This document shows, piece after piece, positions 35,624 to 48,439 of a stretch of 64,000 bases of DNA; the stretch's first letter is position 1, and every line of letters begins with the position of its first letter. Origin of the DNA: Macrostomum lignano. Lineage: Eukaryota. The DNA lies in the NCBI GenBank assembly GCA_002269645.1, contig NIVC01001096.1, forward strand, positions 248,001-312,000, given 5' to 3'. The notes below the pieces were generated by a model that was given only the letters and a program-made list of their open reading frames with translations, had not been told where the DNA came from and ran no database searches. The position numbers and the translations under genes were made by a program.

Positions 35624-37228
35624 CCGCAGGCACCATTTTAGCGCCGCAGGCACTCATTTTAGCGCCGAAGGCACTCATTTTAGCGCCGAAGGCACTCATT
35701 TTAGCGCCGCAGGCACTCATTTTAGCGCCGCAGGCACTCATTTTAGCGCCGCAGGCACTCATTTTAGCGCCGCAGGCACTCATTTTAGCGCCGCAGGCAC
35801 TCATTTTAGCGCCGAAGGCACTCATTTTAGCGCTGCAGGCACTCATTTTAGCGCCGCAGGCACTCATTTTAGCGCCGAAGGCACTCATTTTAGCGCCGAA
35901 GGCACTCATTTTAGCGCCGCAGGCACTCATTTTAGCGCCGAAGGCACTCATTTTAGCGCCGCAGGCACTCATTTTAGCGCCGAAGGCACTCATTTTAGCG
36001 CTGCAGGCACTCATTTTAGCGCCGCAGGCACTCATTTTAGCGCCGAAGGCACTCATTTTAGCGCTGCAGGCACTCATTTTAGCGCTGCAGGCACTCATTT
36101 TAGCGCCGCAGGCACTCATTTTAGCGCCGCAGGCACTCATTTTAGCGCCGAAGGCACTCATTTTAGCGCTGCAGGCACTCATTTTAGCGCTGCAGGCACT
36201 CATTTTAGCGCCGCAGGCACTCATTTTAGCGCCGAAGGCACTCATTTTAGCGCCGAAGGCACTCATTTTAGCGCCGCAGGCACTCATTTTAGCGCCGAAG
36301 GCACTCATTTTAGCGCCGCAGGCACTAATTTTAGCGCCGAAGGCACTCATTTTAGCGCCGAAGGCACTCATTTTAGCGCCGCAGGCACTCATTTTAGCGC
36401 CGCAGGCACTCATTTTAGCGCCGAAGGCACTCATTTTAGCGCCGCAGGCACTCATTTTAGCGCCGAAGGCACTCATTTTAGCGCCGAAGGCACTCATTTT
36501 AGCGCCGAAGGCACTCATTTTAGCGCCGCAGGCACTCATTTTAGCGCCGCAGGCACTCATTTTAGCGCCGCAGGCACTCATTTTAGCGCCGCAGGCACTC
36601 ATTTTAGCGCCGAAGGCACTCATTTTAGCGCCGAAGGCACTCATTTTAGCGCCGCAGGCACTCATTTTAGCGCTGCAGGCACTCATTTTAGCGCCGCAGG
36701 CACTCATTTTAGCGCCGAAGGCACTCATTTTAGCGCCGCAGGCACTCATTTTAGCGCCGAAGGCACTCATTTTAGCGCCGCAGGCACTAATTTTAGCGCC
36801 GAAGGCACTCATTTTAGCGCCGAAGGCACTCATTTTAGCGCCGCAGGCACTAATTTTAGCGCCGAAGGCACTCATTTTAGCGCCGAAGGCACTCATTTTA
36901 GCGCCGCAGGCACTCATTTTAGCGCCGAAGGCACTCATTTTAGCGCCGAAGGCACTCATTTTAGCGCCGAAGGCACTCATTTTAGCGCCGCAGGCACTCA
37001 TTTTAGCGCCGCAGGCACTCATTTTAGCGCCGAAGGCACTCATTTTAGCGCCGCAGGCACTCATTTTAGCGCCGAAGGCACTCATTTTAGCGCCGCAGGC
37101 ACTCATTTTAGCGCCGAAGGCACTCATTTTAGCGCCGAAGGCACTCATTTTAGCGCCGAAGGCACTCATTTTAGCGCCGCAGGCACTCATTTTAGCGCCG
37201 AAGGCACTCATTTTAGCGCCGAAGGCAC
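35624..37228. repeat. 21-bp minisatellite (TTTTAGCGCCGCAGGCACTCA), ~76 copies
   Basis: Read directly; 7-aa periodic pseudo-ORFs. Confidence 0.98.
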
Positions 37229-37824
37229 TCTATTGATTTCACAGCCCATGTCGGCGAGACCGCCAACAGTATCCGCGGCCGCATGCCTGTGGTGCTCGCC
37301 TACACCAAGGGGAGAAGCCTCCGAACTCTGTTTTGCCATAGTCGGCTCGGTCCTGCCAACTAATTCCTTTTTTGACGCCTGTACAGAGACCATTTTGCTT
37401 CTATTTTTTGCACTCTGCGCTTTCATTAGTTATATATATTGATGTTTTATGCGCTTGTGCACACCGCTCAATCGATTTTCCCTCACTGGCGTTATCGATC
37501 GCGTTAAAATATTGACGGCAATTCGCACCAAATACATTTTACTCGCATTCTGCCCTGACGAGGAGCAACTCACTTGAAATATCGGCAAATCTAACTAAAC
37601 TGACTTTGTCAGTCCTTATATTTTATCGTGTCAGCGCCTGAGATTGGAGGCGCTCTCCTCTCTCCCACTCTCTCGATCTCCCTCTCTCTCTCTTCCCCTC
37701 TCACGCTAGAGTGCCAAAGCGAACTTTTTAAGAGCGAGACAGAGACTGGGAGTATCGTCAGCCGGGATTCGACATCTCAAGCTTTCGAGTACAAAGGGAT
37801 TCTGCTGCTTTTTCTGCATTGGAA

Positions 37825-39602
37825 ATGTCTGTCAGACGTCTGCTGCTTCTGAGCTGTCTTGCTGCAACACTGCTCTGCGGACTAGGCTGCTTATCTTCCA
37901 AGAAAGGTAAGAAGGATCGATTAAACTCAGATCCACTGCCCGTCTGCTCACTCCAGTCAACTGCCTGTCCTCATTGCCCCTTGACCCAGGATAAATTCCC
38001 ATTGTGTTCATATCCCTAATTGCTCCTTATTTTTTCGAATCTCCCTGTATCTCCAGGCCCTCTTCAGACTCTTCTGCCTCTTCAGCAAGACTCCACACCT
38101 TAAATTTCAGAGAAAGCTACAGCTGAGAGCTACTCCCGTAAGCTAAAGTATGTTTTCAATTTTTTTACGATTCATTGCTTTTCCAGGAACAGTGCAGTGG
38201 AGTAGTGTCTCCCACTCTTTGCCTCACTGTCTCACTGTCTGTCTCACTGTCTGTCTCACTGTCTGTCTCACTGTCTGTCTCACTATCTGTCTCACTGTCT
38301 GTCTCACTGTCTGTCTCACTGTCTGTCTCACTGTCTGTCTCACTGTCTGTCTCACTCTCTGTCTCTCTGTCTGTCTCTCTGTCTGTCTCACTGTCTGTCT
38401 CACTGTCTGTCTCACTATCTGTCTCACTGTCTGTCTCTCTGTCTGTCTGTCTCACTGTCTGTCTCACTGTCTCTCTGTCTCACTGTCTGTCTCTCTGTCT
38501 GTCTCTCTGTCTCACTGTCTGTCTCACTGTCTGTCTCACTGTCTGTTTCACTGACTGTCTCACTGTCTGTCTCACTGTCTGTCTCACTGTCTGTCTCTCT
38601 GTCTGTCTGTCTCACTGTCTGTCTCACTGTCTCTCTGTCTCACTGTCTGTCTCTCTGTCTGTCTCTCTGTCTCACTGTCTGTCTCACTGTCTCTCTGTCT
38701 CACTGTCTGTCTCTCTGTCTGTCTGTCTGTCTCTCTGTCCGTCTCACCGTCTGTCTCTCTGTCTCACCGTCTGTCTCTCTGTCTGTCTGTCTCACTGTCT
38801 GTCTCTCTGTCTGTCTCACTGTCTGTCTCTCTGTCTCACTGTCTCTCTATCTCACTGTCTGTCTCTCCTTCTGTCTCTCTGTCTCTCTGTCTCACTGTCT
38901 GTCTCTCTGTCTCACTGTCTGTCTCACTGTCTGTCTCTCTGTCTGTCTGTCTGTCTCTCTGTCCGTCTCACTGTCTGTCTCTCTGTCTCACCGTCTGTCT
39001 CTCTGTCTGTCTGTCTCACTGTCTGTCTCTCTGTCTGTCTCACTGTCTGTCTCTCTGTCTCACTGTCTCTCTATCTCACTGTCTGTCTCTCTGTCTGTCT
39101 CTCTGTCTGTCTCACTGTCTCTCTATCTCACTGTCTGTCTCTCTGTCTGTCTCTCTGTCTGTCTCTCTGTCTCACTGTCTCACTGTCTGTCTCACTGTTT
39201 CTCTGTCTCAATGTCTGTCTCACTGTCTGTCTCTCTGTCTGTCTCTCTGTCTCATTGTCTCTCTGTCTGTCTGACTGTCTCGCTGTGCTCAATTTTTTCT
39301 TGCTATTCTTTTTTACAGCAAAGTATCTTGGCTGTTATGTTAGTAAAGCAGAGGTTTTAAAAAATGCGAGTTATAAAACCAAGGACATGACGATCGAGAA
39401 CTGCGCTCAGCTGTGCACGGTGAAGAGACCGGGAAAAACATTAATGGGCTTGACTGAAGGAAAATACTGTCTCTGCGACAACGCAAAGTCCTCGTTTGGT
39501 TTATTTGCCATCAATCAGTGGTGCGACTTTGCTTGTGGCGGCGACCGCACACAGCACTGTGGGGGTAAAGAAGCCACCTCTGTGTACCAATTGCAGAACT
39601 GA
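37825..39602 (+). CDS. Diverged secreted single-WSC-domain paralogue C (exon 1 37825-37906, exon 2 39319-39602; 121 aa)
   Basis: Exon 1 [28 protein letters not shown]|GTAAGA. Exon 2 AKYLGCY...DMTIENCAQLC...GLTEGKYCLC...WCDFACGGDRTQHCGGKEATSVYQLQN*, 8 Cys. Confidence 0.88.
38210..39290. repeat. TGTC/TCAC/TCTC low-complexity array in intron 1 of WSC paralogue C
   Basis: Read directly from the sequence. Confidence 0.95.
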
Positions 39603-39679
39603 TTTGCTGCAGCCAAGTATGCGGCTTTTTTATGCGTGTAATCACATTTATCTCTGTCTGTGTCCCTGTTACAGGTTCT

Positions 39680-42600
39680 TAGTGTCTCATTGTCTCAGTG
39701 TCTCAGTGTCTCAGTGTCTCAGTGTCTCAGTGTCTCAGTGTCTCATTGTCTCAGTGTCTCAGTGTCTCAGTGTCTCAGTGTCTCATTGTCTCAGTGTCTC
39801 AGTGTCTCAGTGTCTCAGTGTCTCAGTGTCTCAGTGTCTCAGTGTCTCAGTGTCTCATTGTCTCAGTGTCTCAGTGTCTCATTGTCTCAGTGTCTCATTG
39901 TCTCAGTGTCTCAGTGTCTCAGTGTCTCAGTGTCTCAGTGTCTCAGTGTCTCAGTGTCTCAGTGTCTCATTGTCTCAGTGTCTCAGTGTCTCATTGTCTC
40001 AGTGTCTCATTGTCTCAGTGTCTCAGTGTCTCAGTGTCTCATTGTCTCAGTGTCTCAGTGTCTCATTGTCTCAGTGTCTCAGTGTCTCAGTGTCTCAGTG
40101 TCTCAGTGTCTCAGTGTCTCATTGTCTCAGTGTCTCAGTGTCTCATTGTCTCAGTGTCTCATTGTCTCAGTGTCTCAGTGTCTCAGTGTCTCATTGTCTC
40201 AGTGTCTCAGTGTCTCATTGTCTCAGTGTCTCAGTGTCTCAGTGTCTCAGTGTCTCATTGTCTCATTGTCTCAGTGTCTCATTGTCTCAGTGTCTCATTA
40301 TCTCAGTGTCTCAGTGTCTCAGTGTCTCAGTGTCTCATTGTCTCAGTGTCTCAGTGTCTCATTGTCTCAGTGTCTCATTGTCTCAGTGTCTCAGTGTCTC
40401 AGTGTCTCAGTGTCTCAGTGTCTCAGTGTCTCATTGTCTCAGTGTCTCATTGTCTCAGTGTCTCAGTGTCTCAGTGTCTCAGTGTCTCATTGTCTCAGTG
40501 TCTCAGTGTCTCATTGTCTCAGTGTCTCATTGTCTCAGTGTCTCAGTGTCTCAGTGTCTCAGTGTCTCATTGTCTCAGTGTCTCAGTGTCTCATTGTCTC
40601 AGTGTCTCATTGTCTCAGTGTCTCAGTGTCTCAGTGTCTCAGTGTCTCAGTGTCTCAGTGTCTCATTGTCTCAGTGTCTCATTGTCTCAGTGTCTCAGTG
40701 TCTCATTGTCTCAGTGTCTCAGTGTCTCAGTGTCTCAGTGTCTCATTGTCTCATTGTCTCAGTGTCTCATTGTCTCAGTGTCTCAGTGTCTCAGTGTCTC
40801 AGTGTCTCATTGTCTCAGTGTCTCAGTGTCTCATTGTCTCAGTGTCTCATTGTCTCAGTGTCTCAGTGTCTCAGTGTCTCAGTGTCTCAGTGTCTCAGTG
40901 TCTCAGTGTCTCATTGTCTCAGTGTCTCATTGTCTCAGTGTCTCAGTGTCTCAGTGTCTCAGTGTCTCATTGTCTCAGTGTCTCAGTGTCTCATTGTCTC
41001 AGTGTCTCATTGTCTCAGTGTCTCAGTGTCTCAGTGTCTCAGTGTCTCAGTGTCTCAGTGTCTCAGTGTCTCAATGTCTCAGTGTCTCATTGTCTCAGTG
41101 TCTCAGGGTCTCAGTGTCTCAGTGTCTCATTGTCTCAGTGTCTCAGTGTCTCATTGTCTCAGTGTCTCATTGTCTCAGTGTCTCATTGTCTCAGTGTCTC
41201 AGTGTCTCAGTGTCTCAGTGTCTCATTGTCTCATTGTCTCAGTGTCTCAGTGTCTCAGTGTCTCAGTGTCTCATTGTCTCAGTGTCTCAGTGTCTCATTG
41301 TCTCATTGTCTCAGTGTCTCAGTGTCTCAGTGTCTCATTGTCTCAGTGTCTCAGTGTCTCAGTGTCTCATTGTCTCATTGTCTCAGTGTCTCAGTGTCTC
41401 AGTGTCTCAGTGTCTCATTGTCTCAGTGTCTCAGTGTCTCAGTGTCTCAGTGTCTCATTGTCTCAGTGTCTCAGTGTCTCAGTGTCTCATTGTCTCAGTG
41501 TCTCAGTGTCTCAGTGTCTCAGTGTCTCAGTGTCTCAGTGTCTCAGTGTCTCAGTGTCTCATTGTCTCAGTGTCTCAGTGTCTCATTGTCTCAGTGTCTC
41601 AGTGTCTCATTGTCTCAGTGTCTCAGTGTCTCAGTGTCTCAGTGTCTCATTGTCTCAGTGTCTCAGTGTCTCAGTGTCTCATTGTCTCAGTGTCTCAGTG
41701 TCTCAGTGTCTCAGTGTCTCAGTGTCTCAGTGTCTCAATGTCTCAGTGTCTCATTGTCTCAGTGTCTCAGTGTCTCAGTGTCTCAGTGTCTCAGTGTCTC
41801 AGTGTCTCAGTGTCTCAGTGTCTCAATGTCTCAGTGTCTCAGTGTCTCAGTGTCTCAGTGTCTCAGTGTCTCAGTGTCTCAGTGTCTCAGTGTCTCAGTG
41901 TCTCAGTGTCTCAGTGTCTCAATGTCTCAGTGTCTCAGTGTCTCATTGTCTCATTGTCTCAGTGTCTCAGTGTCTCAGTGTCTCATTGTCTCAGTGTCTC
42001 AGTGTCTCAGTGTCTCAGTGTCTCATTGTCTCATTGTCTCAGTGTCTCAGTGTCTCAGTGTCTCAGTGTCTCATTGTCTCAGTGTCTCAGTGTCTCAGTG
42101 TCTCAGTGTCTCATTGTCTCAGTGTCTCAGTGTCTCAGTGTCTCATTGTCTCAGTGTCTCAGTGTCTCAGTGTCTCAGTGTCTCAGTGTCTCAGTGTCTC
42201 AGTGTCTCAGTGTCTCATTGTCTCAGTGTCTCAGTGTCTCAGTGTCTCAGTGTCTCAGTGTCTCAGTGTCTCAGTGTCTCAGTGTCTCAGTGTCTCATTG
42301 TCTCAGTGTCTCAGTGTCTCAGTGTCTCATTGTCTCAGTGTCTCAGTGTCTCATTGTCTCAGTGTCTCAGTGTCTCATTGTCTCAGTGTCTCAGTGTCTC
42401 AGTGTCTCAGTGTCTCAGTGTCTCAGTGTCTCAGTGTCTCATTGTCTCAGTGTCTCAGTGTCTCATTGTCTCAGTGTCTCAGTGTCTCAGTGTCTCAGTG
42501 TCTCATTGTCTCAGTGTCTCAGTGTCTCAGTGTCTCATTGTCTCAGTGTCTCAGTGTCTCAGTGTCTCAGTGTCTCATTGTCTCAGTGTCTCAGTGTCTC

Positions 42601-45600
42601 AGTGTCTCATTGTCTCAGTGTCTCAGTGTCTCAGTGTCTCAGTGTCTCAGTGTCTCAGTGTCTCAATGTCTCAGTGTCTCATTGTCTCAGTGTCTCAGTG
42701 TCTCAGTGTCTCAGTGTCTCAGTGTCTCAGTGTCTCAGTGTCTCAGTGTCTCAATGTCTCAGTGTCTCAGTGTCTCAGTGTCTCATTGTCTCAGTGTCTC
42801 AGTGTCTCAGTGTCTCAGTGTCTCAGTGTCTCAGTGTCTCAGTGTCTCAATGTCTCAGTGTCTCAGTGCCTCAGTGTCTCATTGTCTCAGTGTCTCAGTG
42901 TCTCAGTGTCTCAGTGTCTCATTGTCTCAGTGTCTCAGTGTCTCAGTGTCTCATTGTCTCAGTGTCTCAGTGTCTCAGTGTCTCATTGTCTCAGTGTCTC
43001 ATTGTCTCAGTGTCTCAGTGTCTCAGTGTCTCAGTGTCTCATTGTCTCAGTGTCTCAGTGTCTCATTGTCTCAGTGTCTCATTGTCTCAGTGTCTCAGTG
43101 TCTCAGTGTCTCAGTGTCTCATTGTCTCAGTGTCTCATTGTCTCAGTGTCTCATTGTCTCAGTGTCTCAGTGTCTCAGTGTCTCAGTGTCTCATTGTCTC
43201 AGTGTCTCAGTGTCTCATTGTCTCAGTGTCTCATTGTCTCAGTGTCTCAGTGTCTCAGTGTCTCAGTGTCTCATTGTCTCAGTGTCTCAGTGTCTCATTG
43301 TCTCAGTGTCTCATTGTCTCAGTGTCTCAGTGTCTCAGTGTCTCAGTGTCTCAGTGTCTCAGTGTCTCATTGTCTCAGTGTCTCATTGTCTCAGTGTCTC
43401 AGTGTCTCATTGTCTCAGTGTCTCAGTGTCTCAGTGTCTCAGTGTCTCATTGTCTCATTGTCTCAGTGTCTCATTGTCTCAGTGTCTCAGTGTCTCAGTG
43501 TCTCAGTGTCTCATTGTCTCAGTGTCTCAGTGTCTCATTGTCTCAGTGTCTCATTGTCTCAGTGTCTCAGTGTCTCAGTGTCTCAGTGTCTCAGTGTCTC
43601 AGTGTCTCATTGTCTCAGTGTCTCATTGTCTCAGTGTCTCAGTGTCTCAGTGTCTCAGTGTCTCATTGTCTCAGTGTCTCAGTGTCTCATTGTCTCAGTG
43701 TCTCATTGTCTCAGTGTCTCAGTGTCTCAGTGTCTCAGTGTCTCAGTGTCTCAGTGTCTCAGTGTCTCATGTCTCAGTGTCTCATTGTCTCAGTGTCTCA
43801 GGTCTCAGTGTCTCAGTGTCTCATTGTCTCAGTGTCTCAGTGTCTCATTGTCTCAGTGTCTCATTGTCTCAGTGTCTCAGTGTCTCAGTGTCTCAGTGTC
43901 TCATTGTCTCATTGTCTCAGTGTCTCAGTGTCTCAGTGTCTCAGTGTCTCATTGTCTCAGTGTCTCAGTGTCTCATTGTCTCATTGTCTCAGTGTCTCAG
44001 TGTCTCAGTGTCTCATTGTCTCAGTGTCTCAGTGTCTCAGTGTCTCAGTGTCTCATTGTCTCATTGTCTCAGTGTCTCAGTGTCTCAGTGTCTCAGTGTC
44101 TCATTGTCTCAGTGTCTCAGTGTCTCAGTGTCTCAGTGTCTCATTGTCTCAGTGTCTCAGTGTCTCAGTGTCTCATTGTCTCAGTGTCTCAGTGTCTCAG
44201 TGTCTCAGTGTCTCAGTGTCTCAGTGTCTCAGTGTCTCAGTGTCTCATTGTCTCAGTGTCTCAGTGTCTCATTGTCTCAGTGTCTCAGTGTCTCATTGTC
44301 TCAGTGTCTCAGTGTCTCAGTGTCTCAGTGTCTCATTGTCTCAGTGTCTCAGTGTCTCAGTGTCTCATTGTCTCAGTGTCTCAGTGTCTCAGTGTCTCAG
44401 TGTCTCAGTGTCTCAGTGTCTCAATGTCTCAGTGTCTCATTGTCTCAGTGTCTCAGTGTCTCAGTGTCTCAGTGTCTCAGTGTCTCAGTGTCTCAGTGTC
44501 TCAGTGTCTCAATGTCTCAGTGTCTCAGTGTCTCAGTGTCTCAGTGTCTCAGTGTCTCAGTGTCTCAGTGTCTCAGTGTCTCAGTGTCTCAGTGTCTCAG
44601 TGTCTCAGTGTCTCAGTGTCTCAGTGTCTCATTGTCTCATTGTCTCAGTGTCTCAGTGTCTCAGTGTCTCATTGTCTCAGTGTCTCAGTGTCTCAGTGTC
44701 TCAGTGTCTCATTGTCTCATTGTCTCAGTGTCTCAGTGTCTCAGTGTCTCAGTGTCTCATTGTCTCAGTGTCTCAGTGTCTCAGTGTCTCAGTGTCTCAT
44801 TGTCTCAGTGTCTCAGTGTCTCAGTGTCTCATTGTCTCAGTGTCTCAGTGTCTCAGTGTCTCAGTGTCTCAGTGTCTCAGTGTCTCAGTGTCTCAGTGTC
44901 TCATTGTCTCAGTGTCTCAGTGTCTCAGTGTCTCAGTGTCTCAGTGTCTCAGTGTCTCAGTGTCTCAGTGTCTCAGTGTCTCATTGTCTCAGTGTCTCAG
45001 TGTCTCAGTGTCTCAGTGTCTCAGTGTCTCAGTGTCTCAGTGTCTCAGTGTCTCAGTGTCTCATTGTCTCAGTGTCTCAGTGTCTCAGTGTCTCAGTGTC
45101 TCATTGTCTCAGTGTCTCAGTGTCTCATTGTCTCAGTGTCTCAGTGTCTCATTGTCTCAGTGTCTCAGTGTCTCAGTGTCTCAGTGTCTCATTGTCTCAG
45201 TGTCTCAGTGTCTCAGTGTCTCATTGTCTCAGTGTCTCAGTGTCTCAGTGTCTCAGTGTCTCATTGTCTCAGTGTCTCAGTGTCTCAGTGTCTCATTGTC
45301 TCAGTGTCTCAGTGTCTCAGTGTCTCAGTGTCTCAGTGTCTCAGTGTCTCAATGTCTCAGTGTCTCATTGTCTCAGTGTCTCAGTGTCTCAGTGTCTCAG
45401 TGTCTCAGTGTCTCAGTGTCTCAGTGTCTCAGTGTCTCAATGTCTCAGTGTCTCAGTGTCTCAGTGTCTCAGTGTCTCAGTGTCTCAGTGTCTCAGTGTC
45501 TCAGTGTCTCAGTGTCTCAGTGTCTCAGTGTCTCAATGTCTCAGTGTCTCAGTGTCTCAGTGTCTCATTGTCTCAGTGTCTCAGTGTCTCAGTGTCTCAG

Positions 45601-45825
45601 TGTCTCATGTCTCAGTGTCTCAGTGTCTCAGTGTCTCATTGTCTCAGTGTCTCAGTGTCTCAGTGTCTCAGTGTCTCAGTGTCTCAGTGTCTCAGTGTCT
45701 CAGTGTCTCAGTGTCTCAGTGTCTCAGTGTCTCAGTGTCTCAGTGTCTCAGTGTCTCAGTGTCTCAGTGTCTCAGTGTCTCAGTGTCTCAGTGTCTCAGT
45801 GTCTCAGTGTCTCAGTGTCTCATGT
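39680..45825 (+). repeat. 6.1-kb (TGTCTCAG/TGTCTCAT)n satellite (~770 units) in the post-stop intron of WSC paralogue C
   Basis: Read directly from the sequence. Confidence 0.98.
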
Positions 45826-47414
45826 CAAGTCAGCTGCAACGTGCAGTAGAAGTACAGAAATTTCAGACCACTGACTTACTGTTTATCATTTCACAACAGG
45901 TCATGCTCCAGTGATTCGACAGCCACAATCACCTATAGAAATTCAATGAGGAACCAATACATCCTTAAGCATCAAGTTAGCTTCTCTGCTTGAGTCACGT
46001 GCGACCGATCTGTCAGCACGCATTTATGTTTTGTAAAAAATTCTGATCATATGCTCTTCATAAACAGCTGTATTATACAGTTAGGCCTCTGTAAGTATTA
46101 AAGCCAATGTGCTTCTTCTGTAGTAGCGAATGCTTTTTATAATTGCATGTTCTCATCATAGTTCTCATTTAGCAACTAGTCTTGTTTGCAGATTTAAGAT
46201 AGGGAAACTATAGATAATCACATTTATGTTGTAAGTGCTGCTTGACAATTTAAATATACAGTAGCTTGAGGTTTCTCATTCTTTAAATTAAATTATTTAT
46301 CATGGACCATGAAATACTAACTTAAAACCCTGAAATCGACTGACAGGGAGGCTGTAGAGACACTGAGACGTCTGATGATGCAGCGTCCTCCAGCACATGA
46401 GCAGTGCCCGTCGTTTTGACTTCTGGGGTGGCTGCACTGTGACTTGTCTAATTGGTTCTGTGCATTTTTGAGTTGTCTAATTTACTACTCTGGACCGGCT
46501 CCGTGGGCCTCGGTGTAAATTGTATATATCCGCAAATCAGCCTTAGAGCAGTGTCCTTCATCCACAGGTCAACGGCAGCACCGGACTGAACTTCTTTGCT
46601 GGTCGCCGTTTTGGTGGGGGGTCTTTGTGGTGGGGTGGTGGCAAGCTGCTTCCATCTACCCCTTAATGCCGGTTTGCGTTGCGGTGCACTAGCTGTCCAA
46701 GGACTACTAAACACTCGAAATCTATGGAAAATCTTTTGAAGGCCACTTTTTCAAACAATGTCACTTTTGAATGGATGCACGTAGAAATTAATGGTCTTTT
46801 TTTCGCAGGGACTTTCGAACTTTATTACCCTTAATGATTAAATAGCATTTGCGGCATTGGCTTAACTTAATTTTCTTTAAATTTCCCTTTTCTTGTGTAA
46901 TTAAGGTAACCAATTTTTTCAACAGGGTATGCCTTTCTATCTAAAATGAATTACATGCCTTAAACTCCATTTCTAACTCTTCTGAGGGTTCGATTAGCCA
47001 TTTAGAATCTGTAAACAATATAAATAAATGTTAATTTTAAAGCGGTATAGTATCCAGCAAAATATTTAACTAAAGTGGCCTTCAAAACTTTTTCCCCATG
47101 AAAAGTGAGTCTAGCGTTGCTTTAGTTGTCCTTGTAGATGTCTACCTGCCCCGGCGTCCTTCGCCTAATCTCGACCTTGACGCCCCTCTGGGCACGTCCT
47201 GGTAAATTATATGCGATTCCCTGTACCAGCAGGATCCCTCTTTATCGCAGAACGTTGCTTCCTTCAGACGTGGACGCCGCCTCGATCTCAATGGTCACCT
47301 TTTCCGTGGCGGGGTCAAGGCAACCTGCAGGCCCTCAGACATGGCTCCGCTCTGTCTGCAGGGTGGCCTTTGCTAAAAACTGCACCGCTTATAACGGCTG
47401 GATGTCGTTATAAG

Positions 47415-48130
47415 GCACTCATTCTGGCACCGCAGGCACTCATTTTGGCACTGCAGGCACTCATTTTGGCACTGCAGGCACTCATTTTGGCACTGCAGGC
47501 ACTCATTTTGGCACTGCAGGCACTCATTTTGGCACTTCAGGCACTCATTTTAGCACTGCAGGCACTCATTTTGGCACTGCAGGCACTCATTTTGGCACTG
47601 CAGGCACTCATTTTGGCACTGCAGGCACTCATTTTGGCACTGCAAGCACTCATTTTGGCACTGCAGGCACTCATTTTAGCACTGCAGGCACTCATTTTGG
47701 CACTGCAGGCACTCATTTTAGCGCCGCAGGCACTCATTTTGGCACTGCAGGCACTCATTTTGGCACTGCAGGCACTCATTTTGGCACTGCAAGCACTCAT
47801 TTTGGCACTGCAGGCACTCATTTTGGCACTGCAGGCACTCATTTTGGCACTGCAGGCACTCATTTTGGCACTGCAGGCACTCATTTTGGCACTTCAGGCA
47901 CTCATTTTAGCACTGCAGGCACTCATTTTGGCACTGCAGGCACTCATTTTAGCGCCGCAGGCACTCATTTTGGCACTGCAGGCACTCATTTTGGCACTGC
48001 AGGCACTCATTTTGGCACTGCAGGCACTCATTTTGGCGCCGCAGGCACTCATTTTGGCACTGCAAGCACTCATTCTGGCGCCACAGGGACTCATATTAGC
48101 GCCAAAGACACTCATTTTTGCGCCGCAGGC
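47415..48130. repeat. 21-bp minisatellite (TTTTGGCACTGCAGGCACTCA), ~33 copies
   Basis: Read directly; right flank homologous to 3545-3690. Confidence 0.95.
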
Positions 48131-48439
48131 GTTATGTTTTGTCGCCCTGCAGCAAAATTTTTGCGATTTCAAAAAACGGGTCACAAAGTGCGGGGTGATG
48201 GTACAGAGTATTGGCATGTCCCCCATGTGGCGACGGCCTGCCTGCAACGTCGGATACTTTGGAGAGGGACTGGATGGGGGCTGGAGAGGGACTGGGGAGA
48301 GGTGACCACAATGGGAATTTTCGCTGGATCAGGCGGCAGGCAGGACATCCTGTGAGTTGGTTCTTGCGGCACAGAGACTGTAACATGACAATGATTGAAT
48401 CAGGCCGCAACCTGTGTGAGACGCAGAGATGAAGACAAT

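Noticed and set aside
35554-37236. 560-aa ALILAPQ and 532-aa MSACGAK ORFs (also 47.2-48.3 kb)
   Set aside because: Translations of a stop-free 21-bp minisatellite on both strands.
39496-45914. Three ORFs of >2000 aa (SQCLSVSV repeats) and similar ORFs at 8.2-9.5, 16.7-17.5, 18.8-20.8, 27.9-29.3 and 30.4-31.9 kb
   Set aside because: (TGTCTCAG)n has no stop codon in any frame on that strand. All three frames are open, and the array lies in a predicted intron.
46448-47413. GC-richer patches with 88-91-aa ORFs
   Set aside because: No recognisable domain in any frame; probably decayed TE fragments.
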